Below, in pieces: positions 10,372 through 21,565 of a stretch of DNA of 64,000 nucleotides. The notes under the pieces were generated by a model. That model worked only from the letters and a program-made list of their open reading frames with translations. It was not told the DNA's origin and made no database searches. Both the position numbers and the translations under genes were made by a program. The DNA lies in contig OZ244130.1 of NCBI GenBank assembly GCA_965215895.1, positions 2,336,157-2,400,156 on the forward strand. The letters are read 5' to 3'. The stretch comes from Vicinamibacterales bacterium. GTDB taxonomy: Bacteria; Acidobacteriota; Vicinamibacteria; Vicinamibacterales; UBA8438. How positions within the stretch are numbered: the first letter of the stretch is position 1; each line of letters starts with the position of its first letter.

Positions 10372-10548
10372 TCAACCGCCGCCCGTGGTGCGCTTCACCA
10401 TGAAGTGGCCCACCAGGAAGGCCGCGACGCCGAACCCGAAGATGCGGGGGCTGGGGCCGAGGGGGCCGGCGATGAGAATCGCTTCGAGGAGCGCCGCCAT
10501 CCCCAGAAGCTGGAGTCCGCGGCCGAGGTAGTAGAGTGCGCCAGGCAT
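10372..10548 (-). CDS. Small hydrophobic protein (58 aa), hypothetical
   Basis: Not in the ORF track. It reads MPGALYYLGRGLQLLGMAALLEAILIAGPLGPSPRIFGFGVAAFLVGHFMVKRTTGGG* and predicts two TM helices. It starts 4 nt after the rarA stop. Confidence 0.35.
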   Translation of the reverse strand: MPGALYYLGRGLQLLGMAALLEAILIAGPLGPSPRIFGFGVAAFLVGHFMVKRTTGGG

Positions 10549-10551
10549 GGT

Positions 10552-11976
10552 TCAATCGTCTTCCGCCTCGGAGGGCGGGGAAGGGGCGCCCCTCCGGCCG
10601 GCCGCGGCTTCCGCGGCGGCCCGGCGCTCGGCCTTGATGCGCCGCCACGCGGCCAGCCGGCGGCCGATTTCCTTCTCGAAGCCGCGCGTCGTCGGCGTGT
10701 AGTACAGGCGCCCGTCGAGCGAAGGCGGCAGGCAGCTCATCGCGGCCACCGCCTCCGGTTCGTCGTGCGCGTAGCGGTATCCCTTGCCGTACTCGAGGTC
10801 CTTCATGAGGCGCGTCGGCGCATTGCGCAGATGCAGCGGCACCGGGTCGGCGGCCTCGCGGTGCGCGTCGGCCGCGGCCTGTGCATAGGCCCGATAGACG
10901 GCGTTGCTCTTGGGGGCGGTCGCCAGGTAGACGGCGGCCTGGGCGAGGGCGGTGTTGCCTTCCGGCATGCCGATGAAGTGTACCGCGTCCTTGGCCGCCA
11001 TCGCCACGCCGAGGGCCTGCGGATCGGCGTTGCCGACGTCTTCCGAAGCGAACCGGACGATTCGGCGGGCGATGTACAGGGGGTCCTCGCCCGCCTCGAC
11101 CATGCGGGCGAGCCAGTAGACCGCCGCGTCCGGATCGCTGTTGCGCATGGACTTGTGGAGCGCGGAGATCAGATTGAAGTGCTCTTCGCCGGTCTTGTCG
11201 TACAGCAGGGCGCGGCGTTGCATCGCGTCCGAGGCGATTTCCAGGGTGAGCCGCGCGGCGCCGGTCGTCCCCGTCTCGGCCGCGCGGGCCAGGGCCGCGG
11301 CGGCGCCGAGCTCGAGCAGGTTCAGGGCGACCCGGGCGTCCCCGTTGGCATGCCGCGCGATCGCGGCCAGGGCGTCGGGGTCGGCTTCCAGCGCATCCCT
11401 GCCCAGGCCGCGCCCGGTATCGGCGAGGGCCCGTGCGAGCAGGGTGGCGATGGCCTCGCGGGGCAGCGGCTTCAGCACGTAGACCTGCGAGCGCGAGAGC
11501 AGCGCCGCGTTCACCTCGAACGAGGGGTTCTCCGTGGTGGCCCCGATCAGGACGATGTCGCCCGCTTCGACCCGGGGGAGAAAAGCGTCCTGCTGGGCCT
11601 TGTTGAAGCGGTGGATCTCGTCGACGAACAGAATCGTCCGCCGGCCCCCGTGCCCCCGCGCCGCTTCCGCCGCCGCCGCCACCGCCCGGATCTCCTTGAT
11701 GCCCGAGAGGACCGCGCTGAACGCGACGAACTTCGAGGTCGTCACGTCGGCCATGAGGCGGGCGAGGGTGGTCTTCCCGCTGCCGGGAGGGCCCCACAGA
11801 ATGATCGACCGCAGCGTGTCGCGTTCGATGGCCTGCCGCAACGGGCGGCCCCGGCCGATGAGATCGTCCTGGCCGACCAGCTCGTCGAAGCTCCGCGGGC
11901 GCATCCGCTCGGCCAGCGGGGTATCCTCCGCGCCGGCATCGCCGGGAGGCTCGTCGAAGAGGGATCGGGAAGTCAT
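10552..11976 (-). CDS. rarA: Replication-associated recombination protein A (MgsA/RarA AAA+ ATPase)
   Basis: LAERMRPRSFDELVGQDDLIG..., Walker A (ILWGPPGSGKTTLARLMA), ILFVDEIHRFNKAQQDAFLP, and the C-terminal MgsA domain (YDKTGEEHFNLISALHKSMRNSDPDAAVYWLARM). Confidence 0.9.
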   Translation of the reverse strand: MTSRSLFDEPPGDAGAEDTPLAERMRPRSFDELVGQDDLIGRGRPLRQAIERDTLRSIILWGPPGSGKTTLARLMADVTTSKFVAFSAVLSGIKEIRAVAAAAEAARGHGGRRTILFVDEIHRFNKAQQDAFLPRVEAGDIVLIGATTENPSFEVNAALLSRSQVYVLKPLPREAIATLLARALADTGRGLGRDALEADPDALAAIARHANGDARVALNLLELGAAAALARAAETGTTGAARLTLEIASDAMQRRALLYDKTGEEHFNLISALHKSMRNSDPDAAVYWLARMVEAGEDPLYIARRIVRFASEDVGNADPQALGVAMAAKDAVHFIGMPEGNTALAQAAVYLATAPKSNAVYRAYAQAAADAHREAADPVPLHLRNAPTRLMKDLEYGKGYRYAHDEPEAVAAMSCLPPSLDGRLYYTPTTRGFEKEIGRRLAAWRRIKAERRAAAEAAAGRRGAPSPPSEAEDD

Positions 11977-12773
11977 GCCGGTCGCGGTCCGCTCCGCTGT
12001 CTGGCCGCTTCATAGATGATGAGGGCGGCTGCCACCGCGATGTTGAGGGATTCGACGGGACGGTGCATGGGAATCGACACGATGTCGTCGGCGGTCGCGA
12101 TTGCGTCCCCGTCGAGGCCGGACCCTTCGGCGCCCAGCCAGACCAGGCAGGGGGCCGTCAGGTTGGCCTCGGTCAGCGTGGTTCCGGCGTGCGGCACCGC
12201 GGCAATCACCCGCAGGCCGTGAACCGACGCCTGCCGACGGACCGCGGCCGGGTCGTCGCCGCGGGCGATCGGCAATCGGAACGCACTGCCCATCGCCCCC
12301 CGGAGCGACTTCCACCCGAGCGGATCGGCCCCGCCGACGGTGACGACGCCCGAGGCTCCCCCGGCTTCGACGGCGCGGATCACCGCCCCGGTGTTGCCGG
12401 GATCCTGGACCCCGCTCAACCCGACGACCAGCGGCCGCGGGACCTGCATGGTGTCCTCCACCCGGGCGGGGCGGAGGGTGGCCAGGGCCACCAGGCCGCT
12501 CGGCGTCGAGACCGGGCTCAACGCATCCATCACCGCCGCGGTCACCCGGACGACCCGTGCCACCGGTTCGAGCCGCCGGGCCACCGCCGCGGCCCGGCGG
12601 CCGGCGGAGGCGGTGCAGACCGCCGCGATGTCCACCGGCACGCCCGCCGCCAGGGCGTCCTCCACCAGTCTGGGACCCTCCAGGAGCACCGTCGAGTCGA
12701 CCCCCGCGTTGTGACGCGCGGCGCGCCGGAACCGGGCCACGAGCGGGTTGCGCCGGCTGGTGAGCGGTTCCAC
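11973..12773 (-). CDS. TrmH/SpoU-family RNA 2'-O-methyltransferase
   Basis: SpoU motifs (GVQDPGNTGAVIRAVEAGGASGV, LGAEGSGL, IPMHRPVESLNIAVAAALIIYEA). Overlaps the rarA start by 4 nt. Confidence 0.8.
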   Translation of the reverse strand: MEPLTSRRNPLVARFRRAARHNAGVDSTVLLEGPRLVEDALAAGVPVDIAAVCTASAGRRAAAVARRLEPVARVVRVTAAVMDALSPVSTPSGLVALATLRPARVEDTMQVPRPLVVGLSGVQDPGNTGAVIRAVEAGGASGVVTVGGADPLGWKSLRGAMGSAFRLPIARGDDPAAVRRQASVHGLRVIAAVPHAGTTLTEANLTAPCLVWLGAEGSGLDGDAIATADDIVSIPMHRPVESLNIAVAAALIIYEAARQRSGPRPA

Positions 12774-13060
12774 TAGGGCCCCGTGGTGAAACCGCGCGCA
12801 GCCCCGGGACCGGTGAGGCGCCCGCGGGGCGCGCGGCGAGGGGTCGCGGTGTTCGGCGGCATGTTCTCGTGCGGCGCCGCACGAGACGGCGGCGCCGGGG
12901 CGAGCATAGCAGATGTGCTATCGTTAGCCGTTGGTGGATACGCCACTGGCGGCGGCAGGCAGCCGTCGGCGATGGAGGTCCCTCGTCGGCGGTCGGATGG
13001 CGCGATGGCTCTCCTTGCCGGTCGGCCGGGCGGCTGCGGTGCGGTGGAGGCGACGCCGAC

Positions 13061-13525
13061 ATGAAGGCGGAACTGATCAAGCGATTCGAAGTCGATATCC
13101 GGGGGCTTGAGCGGGAGCTCAACAGCGAGTTGCCCCAGGAGATCAAGCGGGCTCGCGAACTCGGCGATTTGCGTGAGAATGCGGAGTATCAGGCCGCGAA
13201 AGAGCGGCAGGTCTTCGTGCAGGCCCGTCTGGCCATGCTGCGCAAGCGAGTGGCCGAGCTGTCGCTGCTGAACCTCGACCGGATTCCCGCCGATCGCGCC
13301 GGCTTCGGTTCAACCGTGCATCTGCACGAGGTGGGCGGCGACGCCGTTGTCTACCGGCTGGTCATGCCCGAGGACGCCGATCCGCGGAAGGGATGGATCT
13401 CCACCGCCTCACCCATCGGACGCGCGCTGATGGGGAAGGAAGAGGGGGACGAGGTCGCGGTGCCGACCCCGAGCGGGATTCGCGAGTTCGAAGTGCTCAA
13501 GCTCGTCACGATTCATGGCGAGTAG
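13061..13525 (+). CDS. greA: Transcription elongation factor GreA
   Basis: ATG 13061 in ORF 12869..13525. ELGDLRENAEYQAAKERQVFVQARLAMLRKRVAEL is the GreA coiled-coil signature. Length is 154 aa. Confidence 0.85.
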   Translation: MKAELIKRFEVDIRGLERELNSELPQEIKRARELGDLRENAEYQAAKERQVFVQARLAMLRKRVAELSLLNLDRIPADRAGFGSTVHLHEVGGDAVVYRLVMPEDADPRKGWISTASPIGRALMGKEEGDEVAVPTPSGIREFEVLKLVTIHGE

Positions 13526-13545
13526 ACCGCCCGCCCGGGGATTCC

Positions 13546-15021
13546 ATGACCCCGTCGAGTAGTGCGGCGGCTCCGCCGCCATCCGGTTCCCGGGAGCGAT
13601 ACTCTCCGTACCGGCGCACCGCCGTGGTGTTGACGGGTACCGGCACCGCCGGCGCCTACCATGCTGGGGTGCTGCGGGCGTTGCACGAGGCCGGCGTCAA
13701 GGTCGATCTGATGGCCGGGCGCGGCGTCGGTACGGTGGGCGCCTTGTTCGGAGCGGTGGACGGCGCCGACCAGCTCTGGGAACGGACGGGGTTGTGGGCG
13801 GCGCCGGGGGCGACCCGGCTGTATCGCTGGCGTCCGGCCCTGGTCGCCGCGACCGCCATTCTCGGAGTGGCGCTCGCTACGTTGCTGCTTCCGCTGGGCG
13901 TGGTCGTTCTCGCCACCTTGGTCTACGCGATAGCCTACTTCGTCCAGATAGTCGGCCTGAACGGGGGCTGGCTCACGAGCGGGTTCGGACGGCTCGTCGA
14001 GTGGGTCTTCGCCCCGGACATGCTGCCGGTGTGGCTGCCGAGAGTCACCGTGGTCGCCCTGGCCCTGCTGCTGGGCGCGCTGGTCTGCTCGGCGGTGCTG
14101 ACGTGGTACCGGACGCGCCCCGGGCGGCGCGGGCGCGGGGCGTTCTGGTGGCTGCTGGCGGGGGCGCCGCTCGACGCCGACTACGGCCAGCGCTGGTTCG
14201 GCAACGGACTGTGGAAGTCGGTGCGGGGCGCGTCGGCGATGGCGCGTCCGAGCCCCGAGCAGCTCGGACTGCGATACACCCGTCTGCTCTCGGACAGCCT
14301 CGGGCAGCCTGGATTCCGCGAGCTCCTGGTGGCCGTGCACGATCTGGACGGATCCCGGGATCTGGTCCTGGCGATGCTGACGAAGAAGTTCAGGGGGCCG
14401 TTCTTTCGGCGCCGGGGCACGGGCGGCGACCGGCCTCTCGAGGCCCTCGACCTGAGCGGATGGGCCGCGCGGCACGGATTCGACGCTCTCGCCGCCTCCC
14501 TCGGCTTGCCGGTGGTGACGGAACCGTGGTTCGTTCAGTTCCCCGCCACGAGCGGTTGGCGGGGTGAAACGCATCGACTGTGCGACCGGCCGGACGCCCT
14601 CGGGCGGCTGCTCGACGAGGTGGCCCTCGCCGGGGTCCAGCAGGTCATCCTCGTGTCCGCGCAGCCCCCGCCGTCCGGTCCGCACGCGCTGGGGGGACAA
14701 CGGCGCGACGGCCGCGGCCGGATGGGAGAGTCGCTCCAGTCTGTCGAGACGGCGGCGGCGCGTGACGCGGTCGGCAACCGGGCTCGGCTGTTTCAGGCTT
14801 TCTTCGAGATACGTCCCCTCCACAATCCCCTGGGGCCGTTCGATTTTGCCGGTTCGTACGACGAACGCTCCGATCGGCGGTGGACCCTCACCGATCTCAT
14901 GGACCGAGGCTTCGACGACGGGTACCGACAGTTCGTCAATCCGGTGGTGGCGCCCAGCGGCGAAGAGATGCCGCCGACGCCTCGACCCCGTCCGCCGACA
15001 CCGGTGTCACCGGTGTCGTAA
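13546..15021 (+). CDS. Patatin-like membrane protein with a degenerate nucleophile motif
   Basis: ATG 13546 in ORF 13393..15021. It has an oxyanion-type motif (VLTGTGTAGAYHAGVLRAL), but GRGVG sits where patatins carry GxSxG. Two or three hydrophobic helices follow. Confidence 0.6.
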   Translation: MTPSSSAAAPPPSGSRERYSPYRRTAVVLTGTGTAGAYHAGVLRALHEAGVKVDLMAGRGVGTVGALFGAVDGADQLWERTGLWAAPGATRLYRWRPALVAATAILGVALATLLLPLGVVVLATLVYAIAYFVQIVGLNGGWLTSGFGRLVEWVFAPDMLPVWLPRVTVVALALLLGALVCSAVLTWYRTRPGRRGRGAFWWLLAGAPLDADYGQRWFGNGLWKSVRGASAMARPSPEQLGLRYTRLLSDSLGQPGFRELLVAVHDLDGSRDLVLAMLTKKFRGPFFRRRGTGGDRPLEALDLSGWAARHGFDALAASLGLPVVTEPWFVQFPATSGWRGETHRLCDRPDALGRLLDEVALAGVQQVILVSAQPPPSGPHALGGQRRDGRGRMGESLQSVETAAARDAVGNRARLFQAFFEIRPLHNPLGPFDFAGSYDERSDRRWTLTDLMDRGFDDGYRQFVNPVVAPSGEEMPPTPRPRPPTPVSPVS

Positions 15022-15047
15022 CCGGGCAGCGCCCGGGACTCCTCCGC

Positions 15048-16493
15048 TCACACCGGTCGTTCGATGCCCGTGCCGCGGCGCCGCTCGGAGGCCGGCGGCG
15101 TCTGCAGAAACTCGTCGGCCAGCGCATGGGTGACGGCGAGAACGCGCTCCGGCTCGACCGATCCGAACTTCTGGGCGAACCGGTCGACGGGGGCCACCGC
15201 CTTGGCCATGACGCGATGGCCGCCGGCGCTGCCGATGTCGTCGAACGACCGCTTCACGAACTTGCCGGCATCGCCCGAATCGCCGAGATTGCGGGCGGAA
15301 ATCACCACGTTCCGCTGCACGATGCCCGACACCACCGACCAGGAGACCTCTTCCACCTGGAGGAGGAAGTCGGCGACGAACGTGATCAGGTCTTCGCGCG
15401 CGACCTCGCCCAAGTGCGACGTATACAGCGACCCGCTGATCTTGCTGCATTGCATCGCCCTGGTCAGGCAAGCCAGGCGTTCGAGATTGGTTTCCGACCC
15501 TTCCATCTTGCGGACGAGCGCCGCGTTCGCCAGGGGATACAGGAAACGGAACGCATCGAGGTCCGATTCGTCGGTGTGGCGCGACAGGAACAGGGTGTCG
15601 GACTTGATCGCGTAGAGCATCGCGGTGGCGGTGCGCTCCGAGATGTTGGCGTCGACGGCGCGAAGATGCTCGGTGAGAATGGTGCAGGTGGAGCCGTAGT
15701 CGGGCCTGATGTCCTTGAAAGCCGCGCTGTACCCGGCGCGCGCGGGGTGATGGTCGATGACGAGGTCGACGCGGTTGATCAGCCCGCCGAAGTAGTGCGG
15801 CTGCACGTCGACGGTGGCGATGCGGGGGAACTCGGTCACCGATCGGCGGTTGAGCAGCTCGATCTGGATGTCGAGCAGGTTGGCCATCCGGATGTTCTCG
15901 GGTCGGGTCACCCCCTGGAACGTTCCGATGATGGCGGTCGCCCTGGTGCGGCGGAGCAGGGTGCGGAGGGCGAGGCCGCTGGCCATCGCGTCGGGGTCCG
16001 GGTCGTTGTGCAACAGAATCAGGATACGGTCGGCGTCTGCGAGAAACCGCTGGTACTGTTCGACCCGCGCGCGGGTGATGGACCGTTCCAGCGCCGCCCC
16101 CAGGGCGCCCCGGAGCAGGTCGGCGAGGGCCAGCCGGGTCACCCCGGACGGGGTGAGTTGCCGTTGCCGCTCCCGCTGCTTCGGGCTTCGGGGCTGCTCG
16201 GCATCGAGCAGGTACACGAGCGTGGCGCCCGCGTCCTGGATCGTCTCGATCGTCCGTCCCGGATTCCGGCGGGGGGAGTCCTCGACGATGACGCAGGTGG
16301 CGGGACCGATGTCCGCCTTGACGTAGGTGTCGAGCCGGCGCGGATTGCCGAGGTGGACGGCAATGCCGGCATCGTCCAGCCGCCGCCCCAGGAGCCGGTC
16401 TTCGACGACGAACTCAACGTCCAGGCGCGGCCTGAGCGTCCGGGCCAGGAGTCGAATGAGCAGTTCGTCCTGGCAGACGGCGAGGCATTTCAT
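15048..16493 (-). CDS. DHH/DHHA1-family phosphoesterase with N-terminal KTN/TrkA-like domain
   Basis: Start MKCLAVCQDELL at 16493 within ORF 15048..16838. Motifs seen: DPDPDAMAS, VIDHHP, GSTCTIL and a DHHA1-type GSAGGH. Confidence 0.75.
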   Translation of the reverse strand: MKCLAVCQDELLIRLLARTLRPRLDVEFVVEDRLLGRRLDDAGIAVHLGNPRRLDTYVKADIGPATCVIVEDSPRRNPGRTIETIQDAGATLVYLLDAEQPRSPKQRERQRQLTPSGVTRLALADLLRGALGAALERSITRARVEQYQRFLADADRILILLHNDPDPDAMASGLALRTLLRRTRATAIIGTFQGVTRPENIRMANLLDIQIELLNRRSVTEFPRIATVDVQPHYFGGLINRVDLVIDHHPARAGYSAAFKDIRPDYGSTCTILTEHLRAVDANISERTATAMLYAIKSDTLFLSRHTDESDLDAFRFLYPLANAALVRKMEGSETNLERLACLTRAMQCSKISGSLYTSHLGEVAREDLITFVADFLLQVEEVSWSVVSGIVQRNVVISARNLGDSGDAGKFVKRSFDDIGSAGGHRVMAKAVAPVDRFAQKFGSVEPERVLAVTHALADEFLQTPPASERRRGTGIERPV

Positions 16494-16647
16494 GCTGCTG
16501 ACCGTTCGAGCCGCGTCCAATCGGGCCAAGCTTTCCATTATAGTCGGCGCGGCTCGCGCGCGGCCGGTCTGCCGGAGCGGGAATCGGATAAGATGCCGGA
16601 CGGTGGACGCGAAGCGGCGGATTCCGGGGTGGAAGCAGGAGAGTGCG

Positions 16648-17583
16648 ATGCGCCGATATGTGACGTCGGTCGTCATGGTCTTCGCGGGGGTGGTTGCGGC
16701 CTCCGGGCAGCCGGTGTTTCGAAGCGGCGTGGATCTGGTTCGGTTCGGGGTCACCGTCCTCGACGAGGACGGCGAGCTGGTCTCCGGGTTGACGGCCGAC
16801 GACTTCCGGGTGGTGGAGGAAGGACGCGAGCAGCGCATCGCCTATTTCTCGCGCGGACTCGAGCTCGACCTCGATCGGATGCCGCTGCATCTCGGGGTGC
16901 TGTTCGACGTCAGCGGCAGCATGACGGTCGATGCGGCGTTCGCCAAGACGGCGGCAATCCGGTTCCTGCGGGGGTTGGACTTCGCGGTCGACATGACGCT
17001 GGTCGAGTTCGATACCCAGGTGCGGGTGAGCCGGTTCACCCAGGCGGACTTTCCCCGGCTCGTGGAACGGTTGCGCGGTCAGGAGGCCGAGGGGATGACC
17101 GCGCTCTACGATGCGCTCGGGGTCTATCTCGACGGCGCCTTCGCCCAGGACGGTCGAAAGCTGCTGCTGCTCTATACCGACGGCGCCGACACGCGGAGCC
17201 GGCTGCGGTACAACGAGCTGCGCGATCTCCTGCGCGCCTCCGACGTGACCGTCTATGCGGTCGGGTTCCAGGCCCAGCGCCGGAACATGGCGCAGATGCG
17301 CCAACGCGTGCGGCTCCAGCAGATCGCCGGGCTGACGGGAGGGCGCGCCTATTTCCCGACCTCGCAGGACGATCTGGACGAGATATACCAGCAGATTCGC
17401 GAGGAGCTGGAGGCGCGGTACTCGCTCGGTTACGTGTCGACCGATCGGGCCACCGACGGCGCCTGGCGCGAGGTGACGGTGAGTCTGCGAGGGGAACGGC
17501 CGGAGCTCGAGAACGCCAGCATCCGCGCGCGTGAAGGCTACTTCGCGCCCTATATCGAAGAAACCGAGTCGCGGGACCGCTAG
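16648..17583 (+). CDS. VWA-domain protein (VWFA-related acidobacterial-type)
   Basis: ATG 16648 in ORF 16327..17583. It has a signal sequence, an N-terminal [36 protein letters not shown], and a MIDAS-like LFDVSGSM. Confidence 0.75.
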   Translation: MRRYVTSVVMVFAGVVAASGQPVFRSGVDLVRFGVTVLDEDGELVSGLTADDFRVVEEGREQRIAYFSRGLELDLDRMPLHLGVLFDVSGSMTVDAAFAKTAAIRFLRGLDFAVDMTLVEFDTQVRVSRFTQADFPRLVERLRGQEAEGMTALYDALGVYLDGAFAQDGRKLLLLYTDGADTRSRLRYNELRDLLRASDVTVYAVGFQAQRRNMAQMRQRVRLQQIAGLTGGRAYFPTSQDDLDEIYQQIREELEARYSLGYVSTDRATDGAWREVTVSLRGERPELENASIRAREGYFAPYIEETESRDR

Positions 17584-17745
17584 CGCGACCTTGCGGTCGC
17601 GTGGGAAGTTTCGCTGGCGGGAAACTTCTACGGCGCAAGCCCCTAGCGCGACCTTGCGGTCGCGCCGTCGGCTCCGCGGCCGGCCCACCCCGGGAGTCCG
17701 GGCCGTTCCACGGCGCAGGTCCCGGCGCCGCAGAACGGCGCCGAG
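17581..17745. repeat. Cluster of palindromic (REP-like) repeat units
   Basis: The hairpin CGCGACC-TTGC-GGTCGCG occurs at 17584-17601 and again at 17647-17664. A GAAGTTTC/GAAACTTC hairpin lies between them. A longer imperfect hairpin with a TTCCA loop lies at about 17690-17725. The same family occurs at 20515-20745 and 63340-63590. Confidence 0.7.
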
Positions 17746-17842
17746 CGGGTCATGGGCCACGGGTTCCCGGCCTCTGCGCGCGCCCCTCGGTCCGACTGTG
17801 GTCGCGGGCGCCGTGGCGGGCCGCGTCCATCGGGAGTTCCTC

Positions 17843-19846
<2,004 letters not shown>

Positions 19847-19997
19847 CGGGCGCGTTTCCCGGCTGCGAGTGTGTAGAATGGGGCCAGGGAGCCTGTGGCG
19901 GAAGCCCGTGCGGTTCACCAGGGGCTCCTGGTGTCGCGGGCACCGGAGCCGACGGAGGAGGACGAGGAGAGCTGTTCACTGCATAGGAGGGGGCACC

Positions 19998-20510
19998 ATG
20001 TCGAGATGCGTTCGGTGTGTAGCGAGACCCGCGGTGGTTGCGGCGGTCACGGTGCTCATCGTGGGCGCCGCGTCCGGGGCGCAAGGTCCGGAGTCGGCGT
20101 CGCTGGCAGGGCAGTTGGCGGCCGCCCTCGAAAGCGCGCAGCTCGACAGCATAGCGGCCCGGGACCCGGAGGGTCCGGAAGGCGCCGACCGGTTCGTGGC
20201 CGCCCTCCGCTTTCCGGGACAGTTGATGGTCGTGTCCGCCCGCATGGACCCCCCGATCTACGTCGAGCAGAAGCTGGCCGCCGGCAGCTATCGGGACGTC
20301 TACATGGACCTCAACATGGCGTCGATAGCGGCCAGCAAGGTCCTGGTGACCGACGTCGGCGCCGACGGCCTGGTGGCGGGGGCCCCGGGCGACAGCGCGA
20401 ACGTCGCCGGGAGCGTGGTGCGGTTCACCGACCAGGCGACGGCGGATCACACGGAGGCCGACGCGGGCTACGCCCGCATGCTGCGGGCCCTGCTGGACGC
20501 CGTGCCCTGA
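19998..20510 (+). CDS. Hypothetical secreted protein
   Basis: ATG 19998 is preceded by GGAGGGGG. It has a signal-like N-terminus (MSRCVRCVARPAVVAAVTVLIVGAASGAQG). No family recognised. Confidence 0.5.
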   Translation: MSRCVRCVARPAVVAAVTVLIVGAASGAQGPESASLAGQLAAALESAQLDSIAARDPEGPEGADRFVAALRFPGQLMVVSARMDPPIYVEQKLAAGSYRDVYMDLNMASIAASKVLVTDVGADGLVAGAPGDSANVAGSVVRFTDQATADHTEADAGYARMLRALLDAVP

Positions 20511-20514
20511 TTCG

Positions 20515-20745
20515 ACCGGCGCCGGGAGTCTGCGCCGGAGAGACGGTGCAGACTTCCGGGTTGGTCGGGGCAAGCGGAGCCGTCGGCGACGATTGCCGGG
20601 GCAGGAGTCTGCGTCGGTGGAACGGCGCCGACTCCTGTAGGGTTGGTTGGGCGGCAAGCGGAGCCGCAGGAGACGATTGCCGGGCCAGGGGCTTGCGCCG
20701 TAGCGAAACTTCCAACGCGACCGCAAGGTCGCGCTGGTGCCGGTC
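20515..20745. repeat. Tandem ~82-bp repeat units plus palindromic hairpins (same family as 17.6 kb and 63.4 kb)
   Basis: GGGTTGGTCGGGGCAAGCGGAGCCGTCGGCGACGATTGCCGGGGCAGG (about 20558-20605) recurs as GGGTTGGTTGGGCGGCAAGCGGAGCCGCAGGAGACGATTGCCGGGCCAGG (about 20640-20689). Hairpins lie at 20522-20560 and 20602-20637 (TGGAA loop). CGCGACC-GCAA-GGTCGCG at 20716-20733 is the inverted copy of the 17584 hairpin. Confidence 0.7.
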
Positions 20746-20782
20746 GCCGGCGTGAGGTACAATGAGCGGCCGACCTCGGAGT

Positions 20783-20857
20783 GGGCGCTTGGCTCAGTGG
20801 TAGAGCATCGCCTTCACACGGCGGGGGTCAGTGGTTCGAATCCACTAGCGCCCACCA
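20783..20857 (+). tRNA. tRNA-Val (anticodon CAC), CCA encoded
   Basis: The cloverleaf folds by hand: acceptor GGGCGCT/AGCGCCC, D arm GCTC-AGTGGTA-GAGC, anticodon stem TCGCC/GGCGG with loop TTCACAC, T arm AGTGG-TTCGAAT-CCACT, discriminator A, then CCA. Confidence 0.9.
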
Positions 20858-20931
20858 CTTCCTCGACGCTCGGGTCGACCGGCCGTTCCAGCGATCGGTA
20901 CGTGCCTCCGCCTCTGCAACCCGCTTGACGC

Positions 20932-21513
20932 ATGGTCCAGGGATCGGCTCCGGCAGTCCTGTTCACGCCCGAGCGGATCCAGGAGCGGGTTCGGCAGCTC
21001 GGGGCGGAGATCTGCGCCGGCTACGCGGACGGGTGCGAAGTGCATCTGGTGTCGGTCCTGAAGGGCGGGGTGGTCTTCCTCGCGGACCTGATGCGGGCGT
21101 TCGCGCGGCCGGTCACCGTCGACTTCGCCAGACTGGCGAGCTACGGGTCCGGAACGCGCCCGTCCGCTCTGCCGCGGCTGGTGAAGGACCTCGACGACGA
21201 CGTCGCGGACCGCGACGTGCTGATCGTCGAGGACATCGTCGACACGGGGCGGACCCTGGCGCTGCTGATCGACACCGTGCGCGCCCGGCGCCCCCGCTCG
21301 CTCCGCACCGTCACCCTGCTGGACAAGCCTTCGCGCCGCCGGGTCGAGGTCGGCATCGAGCACGTCGGGTTCACCATCGCCGACCGGTTCGTGGTCGGCT
21401 ACGGCCTCGACCATGCCGAGCGGTACCGGCACCTTCCCTACATCGGGGTGCTCGACCCCGCGAGCGCCGCGTCGCCGGTCGCGGCGGCGCCGGGGCGCGT
21501 CGAGCAAACGTGA
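20932..21513 (+). CDS. hpt: Hypoxanthine phosphoribosyltransferase
   Basis: [21 protein letters not shown] motif ([14 protein letters not shown]), [35 protein letters not shown]. Confidence 0.9.
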   Translation: MVQGSAPAVLFTPERIQERVRQLGAEICAGYADGCEVHLVSVLKGGVVFLADLMRAFARPVTVDFARLASYGSGTRPSALPRLVKDLDDDVADRDVLIVEDIVDTGRTLALLIDTVRARRPRSLRTVTLLDKPSRRRVEVGIEHVGFTIADRFVVGYGLDHAERYRHLPYIGVLDPASAASPVAAAPGRVEQT

Positions 21514-21565
21514 TAGCATGCCGCGTCCATTCCGGAAACGTCGTTACTCGGAGGAGCAGGAGACA

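Noticed and set aside
17700-17842. SOS (LexA) box upstream of uvrB, and likewise upstream of the LexA-like gene (35178-35300).
   Set aside because: No convincing GAAC-N4-GTTC or GTTC-N7-GTTC element is present. There are only partial matches (for example GGTTGTTCCGATTACCG and GGTTCTAGGTTCG). The LexA box for this lineage is not known to me, so no call was made.
20783-20857. tRNA-Val as the integration site of the 24-40 kb island.
   Set aside because: Four intact housekeeping-type genes (hpt, peroxiredoxin, tatA, DASS transporter) lie between the tRNA and the first foreign DNA. The integrase remnant is 15 kb away. I found no copy of the tRNA 3' end at the island borders.
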